Shown here one piece after another: positions 53,903 to 64,000 of a DNA stretch of 64,000 nt. Numbering within the stretch: the stretch's first letter is position 1; the number at the start of each line of letters is the position of its first letter. The notes under the pieces were generated by a model. It saw only the letters and a list, made by a program, of their open reading frames with translations, was not told the origin of the DNA and did no database searches. Both the position numbers and the translations under genes were made by a program. The DNA is taken from the NCBI GenBank assembly GCA_964016885.1, contig OZ024741.1, positions 50,840,001 through 50,904,000 on the forward strand, given 5' to 3'. This stretch comes from Eledone cirrhosa. Its lineage: Eukaryota.

Positions 53903-55299
53903 GAGTAAGAGCAATCTTAAGAACGGAATTGAATGCAAGGAATAGGATCGATGCCATAAACACGCTTGCCATACCAGTAGTAACCTACAGTTACAATGTC
54001 ATCAACTGGTCAAGCACAGAGATCTGTAGGCTCGATACAAAAATTCGAAAATTCTTAACCATGCACAGAATGCATCACCCTAAGGCAGATATAGATAGAA
54101 TATATCTCCCTAGGAAAGAAGGAGGACGTGGGTTAATCCAGTTAGACATTGCGTTGAAAACTGCAACAATTGGATTATCTACATATCTAAGGGAATCACA
54201 TGATTGGATGATCAAACTCGTTTTGAAACACGAAAGCATCAAAAGATCATATTCCATTACAAAAGATGCACAAAGATACAGTAATGGACTACACATTTCA
54301 GAAGTCCCATTTACTGCTGAAATGGAAAACACAGAAAAAGCAAAGCAGGTAAAAGTAACTGCAAAGAAAGAACTGCTACAGATACTGGCTAAGAAATGGC
54401 AAGAAAAGCCTCTGTATGGAAAATACCCAGAGCGAGCTAACAATCCTGATGTTGACAAAACTTTAACCCATCAGTGGTTGGCATCCTCTGGACTGAAATC
54501 GGAGACTGAAGGACTGATTATATCAGCACAAGATCAGTGTCTGCCAACAAAAAATTACCAAGCCAACATAATAAAAAATGGATGCAGCCTATTATGCCGT
54601 GTATGCAAAAAACAACCAGAGACCATTGACCATATAATTTCAATGTGCAGTCCTATAGCTCCAACCGAATACCTAAACAGGCATGACAGAGCTGCACAAT
54701 ACATACATTGGATAATGTGTAAACATTTTGACCTACCCCATCAAAAGAATTGGTGGGAGCATCAACCACCTCCCATACTTGAAAAAGATCACATCTCAAT
54801 CTTGTGGAACTTTAGCATCCAAACAAACCGAAAAATAGATGCAAATAGACCTGATATAATATTGAAGGACTTTAAAAAGAGGGTATGCCTGCTAATTGAT
54901 ATGTCTGTTCCAATAGACAAGAATGTATCTATAAAAACATTTGAAAAATTGAGCAAGTATAAGGACCTGGAGATAGAAATTGGAAAAATGTGGAAATTGA
55001 GAACTAAAACAATACCAGTGGTTGTAGGCGCTCTGGGAATGATACCTAAGGGGTCTAATGATTACTTATCGCAAATCCCAGGAAACCCGCGTATAGGAGA
55101 AATACAAAAGATAGTACTAATGGGAACTGCCCATATACTAAGGAAGATCCTGTCAATATAAGTACATCACAAGTCTAAACACTAAGGATGCATGTGTGAA
55201 TATGTATGTTCTTTCTTGAACATGGCGGACCTTGTTGTCTCTTGAGGTCACTGGTTGTGACTTGGTGATAACTCGTATAAACATAAAGCAAGATAAATG
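53903..55299 (+). mobile_element. 5'-truncated R4/Dong-like element with uninterrupted frame, in (TAA)n
   Basis: RKEGGRGL, SETEGLIISAQDQ, CRVC..HIISMC, RHD, NRPDII, LIDMSVP, KYKDL; (TAA)n on both sides. Confidence 0.93.
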
Positions 55300-55322
55300 A
55301 TAATAATAATAATAATAATAAT

Positions 55323-55660
55323 AATTGTTTCTACTTTAGGCACAAGGCTAGCAATTTACCAGTGCATTACTGGTACTTTATTTTATCGACCCCGTAAGGA
55401 TGAAAGGCAAAGTCAACCTCGGCGGGATTAATGATGATAATAATGGTTTCTTAAATAGGCACAAGGCCAGCGATTTTGCGGGGAGGGAAAAGTCGATGAA
55501 ATTGACACCAGTGCGTGACTGGTACTTTATTTTATCGATCCATAAGGATAAAGGCAAAGTTAACCTCGGCGGGATTTGATCTCAGATCATAAAGGGCCGT
55601 AACTCTATGTGTCAAAGCATGGCGTCCGACCTTCTACCAATACTGCCAATCCACCGCCCT
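55323..55660 (-). mobile_element. Two SINE family A copies (55323-55428 partial, 55443-55660)
   Basis: Family A core and tail, reverse complement. Confidence 0.9.
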
Positions 55661-55739
55661 GATAATAATGATAATAATGCAATAACATCAGCAATAACAT
55701 CGATGAAAACATTTCCAAGAAAAATATGAAAAGTGAGAA

Positions 55740-56100
55740 TCCTTTCAACAACAATAACAACAACAACGACGACGACAACGATAACAACAACAAAGGCTAC
55801 AATATTATGAAGAACGGAAATATCAAGAAACGACAGAAATATCGAGAAGAAAACGAAGGCGGAGGGGAAGAAGGGGGAGGGGGGAGGAAGAAGAAGAAGA
55901 AGAAGAAGAAGAAGAAGAAGAAGAAGAAGAAGAAGAAGAAGAAGAAGAAGAAGAAGAAGAAGAAGAAGAAGAAGAAGAAGAACAACAACAACAACAACAA
56001 CAATGCTAGCAACAATAGCAACATCACCAACCAAATTAACAACCACATCAACGATCACAACTGTGGAAATAACAATAGCAACAATCACAACAGTCACCAA
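55740..56100. repeat. (AAG)n and (AAC)n microsatellite block
   Basis: Read directly. Confidence 0.95.
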
Positions 56101-56169
56101 AAAGAAGCAAATCATGTAATCTTAGCTCCCGAGACACGTCTTTTCTCTCTCTCTCTTCCCCCTTTTACT

Positions 56170-57050
56170 GTTACTACCTCACACACCTTGGCTCTAAGAA
56201 GGATTGTTGAGGAGGTACGGAATCATAAGAAGGGAGCAACAAATGTATTCATGCACTTTAAGAAGGCTTTTGATTCGATTGACTAAAACAAGATGCTCAA
56301 AATTTTTCTTGCGTATGGGTTACCACATCAATTAAAGATATGAACGAGAATATTTCAACAATTGTAATAATCTCTTTGGCCGCCATGATGATGTTGTGAT
56401 ATTCTCCTACAACTGTAGGGGAAGTATGTGCCTGACAGTCATGAATACTGTTCCTCCTTCGTTTCCTATAAATGATAAAGTCAATTTGGGAGAGATGCCC
56501 AGCCGGGTGTCTCCAAGTTCAGTTTCGGTTTTGGTTTTTGAAAGATGGCATTTCCAGCCAGGAGATTATGTTGATGTAGGAACTCTTCTAGAAATATGCC
56601 GATTGTGGTAGTATTCTGATGGTATGAAAATTTGCCCCTAATTTGTGCATTGAAATCTCCTCCAATAATTAGCATGGCATGAGGGGTAGTTCAGAGACAG
56701 TAGCACTCTGATGGTAAAACTGTTCCTCTTCCTCTTCTGGCAGGTAATTGTGGCATGAAATAACAACTTATAACAGTTCTGGGATTTCCCTTGAATACTG
56801 CAGTGACAACCCGGTCATTGACTTCAGTTACCTTTCTAAGTAGAGGAAGGAGGTGTGTTTGTACTGTCAAACCAACTCCTCCAATTGCAGCACCGGTGTC
56901 ATGTTTTAATGCTAATGCAGTGAACAGAGTACTTTTGTCGATGTTATGGCCGATTATGTCTGATTCATTTTCATTGTGGATAAATCGGTGTTATTGAACA
57001 AATACAATCGCAGTGTTGTAGGTGTTGATACGCTTGTTGAGCTTCTCAAT
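56170..57050. mobile_element. RTE-like LINE fragments: RT piece on +, APE piece on -
   Basis: LALRRIVEE...FMHFKKAFDSID (+, 56185-56330); GGVGL and LIIGGDFNAQI (-, 56390-57050). Confidence 0.75.
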
Positions 57051-57559
57051 GGAAAAGTAGAGTGAGTTAGAAATAGTTTAGACCCTGCAAGGCTTTAAAA
57101 AATACTCAAGAAACGCCGTATGTTAATACGGCACCCTACAACTCCTCCAGGAGTTACGGGACCATACTTACATATCAGATTAATAGTCTCAGCATGGTAG
57201 CATAGTACACTTTATGATAATAAAGTATTGCAGTATGGTAGCATAGTGCACATTGTAACAATAAAGCATATATGCAACACCATAGAAATTGTGTTGACCA
57301 GCAATTTTTCTTGATATTTCAGTGATTAAACATCTTTCAGCCATGCGTGTATTTTACAGCATGGCTTCAAGAAAAAGTTATAATTTAAATAAGCATTTCA
57401 CTCGCTGGCGACGTTTGTAAAAAATATGGTGTTAAAAAGAGCGGTTTCGAGGACACATATGTCTAAGTACAGACTTACTGCATTTTCTTTGAAATATATT
57501 GTTGATGCAAATTCTAAAACGCAGAGAAGCGTTTGAAAGTTTAAAATATAGAAATCTGG

Positions 57560-59080
57560 AAATAGAAATGAGGAATTGACTTATTCGTCGTACAGACATT
57601 CGAAGTGTTACAGCCAAACTAGGTAGGTAGAAAGACATGAAACATTTAGAAGCTAGTGATGGGTGTTTCTGACGATTTAGAAATGGCGATGGAATGGGTA
57701 ATATGATTAACAATAGTAAAGCTAGCAGTGCACTAACCGAGTTCATCGGAAAAGATTAAATGACTTAAAGGGTGAAAGGCTGCTAATTTCTCAAGCATCT
57801 AAAAAGGATGAAACCAGCTTACATTAACGCTCACTTGTCAAAATATGGAAGCCTTTAAGAATGAAGCCATCATACCTGCTCGTAAATTAGTAAAGAATGC
57901 TTTTCGGCGTTGTGATACATGAACGAGATGGAATGCACCTTTCAAAGTTAGTGGTGGGAGCGGGGTTAGCACGTCCTCGTGTCTTCAAAGACATAATGCA
58001 CCAGCCATCAATGCATTATTACCATTCCAAAGAATCATGCCACAACATGTATATATCTTTAATGATTGTTTCTCATTCACATGGTGTGTAAATACTAGGA
58101 AGATGTCCTCTCACACTGAAGATGCCGCTAATATCTTTGGACAACTCACCTACTTACACAAGCAGTTACCATCTTGCCAGTAACGATGTTAAGATAAAAT
58201 GTATGTTCTAACCACCCAATGTATTAAGGTACAATTATAGTCTACATGGGTGGTGGATTGGCAGAATCGGTGGAGCGTCGGACAATATGCTTTATGTCAT
58301 TGAGTTAAGGTCCTTTACGTTCTGAGTTCAAATCCCGCCGAGGTTAACTGTACCTTTCATCCTTATGAGATCGATAAAATAAAGTAACACTGGGGTCGAT
58401 TAAATTGACCCCCCCCCCCTTCCCCACAAAAATTGTTAGCCTTGTGTCTAAATCAGAAATCATTATAGCCTACAAGAGATTATACAAATGAAGGTAGTTG
58501 GATAACGTTCTCGAGGTGAAAGAAAAAGACGATCTTAGGGAAGACAAACGAGGAAAAATATGTCTCAGTGACATTAACAACTCCAACCGCAAGTCTGCAA
58601 TATTTAATTTAGAATATTCATGGAAAGCACCAAAGACGACCACTAGTCAATATTTTGTAGAAAGTTCTATACGAGTTGGCAGTAGATTTCGTGCAGTTCA
58701 GTGGGGCAGGTGAAATATATGTCACAGATGATGCCGGAATGTTTTCTGAAAAGTCCATAGGCTGACTATAGATTTATGCTAGAGCTGTGAAATCTTGCAT
58801 GCACTAATTCAATTATTCTTATTAATAACTGCATTGTTTCTTTCCAGGGACTATGTTGAAAAGTAAGCCTCATTTGGTCAATCCATGAGGGTATCTTGGT
58901 CAGCCTATGAAATTTCCAGGCGGCCCTCGCAGAAGACTCAGTGGGTGTTCTGGATACCCAGTGTTTAGAGGAGAAATATCTGCTGTAGTTCTCGCTGGTG
59001 TCAGTAGAGACAGTAACAATGATGAAGAAGACGAACCATTGCCGAAGAAAATTAAGTCCTCTGAGAATCTCTTTATATCA
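57560..59080 (+). mobile_element. Degenerate pogo/Tigger transposase remnant interrupted by a SINE
   Basis: Broken motifs EASDGCF*RFRN, DETSL, LDNSP, F*PPN; acidic tail DSNNDEEDEP; right boundary uncertain. Confidence 0.6.
58247..58461 (+). mobile_element. Full-length SINE family A with TSD
   Basis: A-box TGGCAGAATCGG, B-box GAGTTCAAATCC; 13-bp TSD ATTATAG(T/C)CTACA at 58234-58246 and 58462-58474. Confidence 0.92.
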
Positions 59081-59267
59081 TTTCGTACATTGACTTGTCA
59101 ACAGAAACTAATGTTCAGTAATATTTATCTACTTTAGGCACAAGGCCAGCTATTTGAAAGTAAGGGGGAGGAATAACAACACACCCAGGAGCTGGACATA
59201 TCGATGTATTGACGGAGTAAAACACACTTCAACGACATGTGTACCTGTCATTCCCACACCAATTCGG

Positions 59268-59322
59268 ACTGCCTGAAGAGGTCACAGCCAATGATGCCTG
59301 TCACCGAAATATATGTAGCAGT
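59268..59322 (+). ncRNA. Candidate minimal hammerhead ribozyme in a solo pLTR
   Basis: ACTGC-CTGAAGA-GGTCACAGCCAATGATGCCTGTCACC-GAAA-TATATG-TA-GCAGT. Confidence 0.85.
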
Positions 59323-59380
59323 AATTTTTAATTTATAATAAACGAAGCCAAATTTTACATATTTGACTTAACTATTTTTT

Positions 59381-59415
<35 letters not shown>

Positions 59416-59420
59416 CACAT

Positions 59421-59451
<31 letters not shown>

Positions 59452-59805
59452 CGTATACATATATATATATATATACGTATATATATATATATATATTAGA
59501 AAGTGAGGTTTTTTTTAACAAAATGAAAAATAACCGAGGTGTCCTACACGAGTGAAAGTATAAAGAAAAAAAGATGAAATCGAAAATGCAACTGGAGTCT
59601 TATTTTAAAAAAAATATATATATTTATTTGGTTCCTTTACCGGTTTCGCAGTTCTTCTGCTTTTCAAAAGTAGAGTTGAGATGGAGGGTCTGTGGTTTTT
59701 CTCACATCTGGAACCAAATAAATATATATATATTTTTAAAAATAAGACTCCAGTTGCATTTTCGATTTCATCTTTTTTTCTTTATATATATATATATATA
59801 TAAAA

Positions 59806-60263
<458 letters not shown>

Positions 60264-60301
60264 ATGTGTGTGTGTGCACATATATATATATATATATGTG
60301 T

Positions 60302-60391
<90 letters not shown>

Positions 60392-61278
60392 GGAAAAAAT
60401 GAAACGAAATTTCACATCTCACTCTTAGTACGGCTGTTACTTAAATATAAGTATGTACACGTACATACATATATGTATACAGACGTACAGTAGTATGTAT
60501 ATATACATACATACATGCACACATATATATATGTACGTATGGATTCACCGAACATTTATTATAATGCTCGGTGTGTTTGTAAACAAACATCCCGAATTAA
60601 GCCGTACAGTGTCTAGCAACCATCGTTGCTCATTTGTTCAACCCCGACAAAGGAACGCTGTACTAGTTTCAAGCTTATTAGCTATCGTCAGCAACGTATA
60701 CCTTCCTGCCAGATGATTGAACTTCTGAAAGTATAAACTTTCCTTATGCATATTAACGGCTGAGCAGCCTAATTTACATATCGAGTGAATTAATCGGCCG
60801 TGGTACCGAAAACGATAAACGGAAAAAAATGAAACGAAATTTCATTTCTCAGTCTTAGTACGGCTGTTACTTAAATATAAGTATGTATACGTACATACAT
60901 ATATGTATACAGACGTATACATATATGTATACATATACGTTAACTCACTCGATGTGAAAATTAGGCTGCTCAGCCGTTAAAGTGCATAAGGAAAGTTTAT
61001 ACTTTCAGACGTTCAATCATCTGGCAGGAAGGTATACGTTGCTGACGATAGCTAATAAGCTTGAAACTAGTACAGCGTTCCTTTGTCAGGGTTGAACAAA
61101 TGAGCAACGATGGTTGCTAGACACTGTACGGCTTAATTCGGGATATTTGTTTACAAACACACCGAGCATTATAATAAATGTTCGGTGAATCCATACGTAC
61201 ATATATATATATGTGTGCATGTATGTATATATATATATACATACTACTGTACGTCTGTATACATATATGTATGTACGT

Positions 61279-61346
<68 letters not shown>

Positions 61347-61771
61347 GGGTGTGGTAAAATACCAGGTGGACCATAATCCACCAGAGTACTCGATACTTTG
61401 GGTAGTAGAGTGGGTAATATGAAAAGATTCAGGACCCCGACGGCTGAGCTCCAGCCGTTTCAACAGCTAGATCCGAACTAAGCCACCAGTATTGGGACGG
61501 CGGGAACTTGCTAAACTTATCAAGTGGTACAGTCCATATATGGAGTGGTCAGTGATCTTTTGTCCTTAGATGAAATGGCTCGTTTAGTCCTGCTAAATGT
61601 CGTGTATATACTTGATTACCTTCTTGGTGGCAGGCGAAAATACAAGGGGGGGGGGGTTAGACAAACTAACCTGAAAGTGCCAAGCCAATCAAGCTCACAC
61701 ACACGCCATTAAGAAGGATTTATTTTTATCCTAGACAACTATTTCTAATCTGTAGAAACGGTATTATGCTT

Positions 61772-61952
61772 ATTGGTAGTATCGGGAGAGGGTCGGACGC
61801 CATGCTTTGCAGCAAAGAGTTGTGGCCCTTTATGGTCTGAGTTCAAATCCCGCCGAGGTTAACTTTGCCTTTCATTCTTACGGGGTCGATAAAATAAAGT
61901 CCCAGCAATACACTGAGATAATTGCTGGCCTTGTGCCAAAAGTAGAAACAAT
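61772..61952 (+). mobile_element. SINE family A
   Basis: Family A head, B-box, core and tail. Confidence 0.9.
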
Positions 61953-62779
61953 TATGCTTAACTTCAATTTTAGAAGGAAAAAACAAACGAGAGAAAATAT
62001 AATTTCGGCATATATAAGTGAAAGTGGATAGCGTAGTATATTTATGTTTTTGTTAGTTTTATCGTACACTTTGCTAAAAAAAAACTAACCATTTATAATT
62101 TATTACTAATTCAGCTTTTCATAGAGAAATCTAGTTATCAATTACTCTATGGCCCGAGAAGAGCACCTCAAACACTAATTTACTTAGTTTTTTCCCATTA
62201 TTTTCAAACACCCATAAATCTACCCTTAGTCTTAAAGATAGTACTAATCAGATCCTCTCTAGTACTGTTGTAAATTAGCTGAGGTTCTATAGCAAAGTAA
62301 CCCCCCCCCCCTAAACCTGAAAGTGTCAATTTAACATATATGTCAAAGCTATCGCCAATAGCATAAGGAAATAATATTGAAGATTGGCTAATAGGTTTCT
62401 TTAACTAGTCTGATGCTATAGTTATTGATGGTGTTTAAGCACTGGCATAATATGAGTTTATATGCCAGTACACGTTAACTCTGTATACCGTGCCTTCGGC
62501 GGTCCGGTAATGTTTACGAGTAAGTTTATGCATCGTGCTTGAACTATGGGTAATAGGTCTAGTAAAGTGTCATAACTATCTGAGCAATATGTATATTTGA
62601 GCAAGAATGAAAATATTCCGTATTTACCTAAGAAAAATTAGGAACTGTTTACAATAATGTAAATATACAAAGGTCCACCTAAGGATATTTAGAAAGTGTT
62701 AATAACAAAGAAAAAATTCTATTTCTACCTAAGGATGCTTGGGGTTTCCTCTATCATAGCATGTAAGTGGGAAGAATAT

Positions 62780-63578
62780 TAAAGCCAAGATCTAACCACC
62801 TGGGTCATGAGGGGTTTTGAAGGTAAGATATGTCTATGTATTCTGTGTTTACACGAGGTAACGAGTTCATTCTTTTTGTTTAACAATTGGTCCTTTGCAA
62901 ACAACATCTGGATCGTTTCCTCCGAGCATAAATTGCACAGACGGCATCCTCCCGAGATTTTGCCTTGGAAAGTAGGCTCCATGTTAGATGATAAGTAATA
63001 TTGTTGTCTTGGAGGTCCCAAATATGGCCAGAAAGTGCTGTTACTTGCCGCCAGGCCGGGTTTGTAAATCAATGCTGGTGTTGATAGTACCGGGTCTTAA
63101 ACTCGCAGGCAGTTAATCCACTGTAGGCCTTATTGGAATGTTCCATCCTCACGTTGTACGGGTAGACCACGTTTCGTTCGCGGCATCTGTTGTTGAGGGG
63201 ACACGATCCAGACAGTTCCAACTCCTAATCTGTTCACCGCTAATATCATTGTTATTTCTGATATAGGGGAGTTTTATATTGTTAGATGAAGCGATGTTTT
63301 GTGCAAAGTTGGATGTAGTGCTGTACGAAAGTTTAACAGTGTTTCTATTGATGATATTGTGGTAGCAGTGTTGGGGTAGGAAGTGTTTATGGAGACATCT
63401 GAAGAAAATCTTCCCAATTGGTGTTGCAACCTCAGCATTGTGAGGAGGATTAAACCACGTTACGTGGCGTGAACGGCGACATCGCCTGCTGTATCCGCCA
63501 GTAGGGCCTGGATAATAGGAAATGTCCTCCCTGAAGCCGCTTCTTTTGAGAGCCTGGTTGTAGTAAGGCGCGTGTTCA
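62780..63578 (-). mobile_element. Truncated PLE (RT tail + GIY-YIG, disrupted)
   Basis: Minus strand reads APYYNQALKRSGF...VTWFNPPH...IINRNTVKLSYSTTSN and CRLCNLCSEE...LLNKKNELVTSCKHR. Confidence 0.85.
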
Positions 63579-64000
63579 TTATATATATATACAGTATATA
63601 TATATATATAACGTACTTACACAGATTTTGTATATCATTAATCAATGTGACTAATTCAGTACTATTGTGCGTGTGAGTGTGTATGTGTGTGTGTGTGAGT
63701 TTGTGTGTATGTGTGTGTGTGTGTGTGTAAAACTTCCCTAGAACGAAATATTCACATAAAAATATTCCAATAGACTGCATATACTGTATAAATATCACCC
63801 AAATATCACACAAACACACATATATACACATGTACACATATACATAAACATGTTTATACACACACACACACACATACACACACATATATATATATATATA
63901 TATATGCATTCATACATACACACGTACATACATACATGTATGCATATATACATACATATATGAACACATACGCCTATATCTACGTATGTGAGGAACGTAT

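Noticed and set aside
55726-56286. 186-aa poly-Lys/Asn ORF
   Set aside because: (AAG)n/(AAC)n repeat read in frame into an RT fragment

Overview
Eukaryotic, AT-rich, microsatellite-saturated DNA with no recognisable host exon. The SINE and LINE content resembles an octopus (cephalopod) genome; this is inferred from recalled repeat families, not tested. Most long ORFs in the track are translations of (TA)n, (CA)n, (CT)n and (GGT)n repeats. The real content is a dense, nested set of transposon relics. There are nine Penelope-like element (PLE) copies with RT and/or C-terminal GIY-YIG fragments, several with inverted pseudo-LTRs. About 15 candidate minimal type I hammerhead ribozyme motifs are present, always sense to the PLE ORF in the 3' pseudo-LTR. 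Also present: R4/Dong-like, CRE-like, RTE, CR1-like and L1/Tx1-like non-LTR remnants; two tRNA-derived SINE families; mariner, pogo/Tigger and hAT-like DNA elements; and an internally deleted Helitron. Most notable are the hammerhead-bearing, (TA)n-associated PLE system with several ribozyme variants, a 5S rRNA-headed SINE-like chimera, a hAT-like element carrying two convergent tRNA-like cassettes, and an apparent partitioning of microsatellite targets among retroelement clades. All calls were made by eye; boundaries are approximate.
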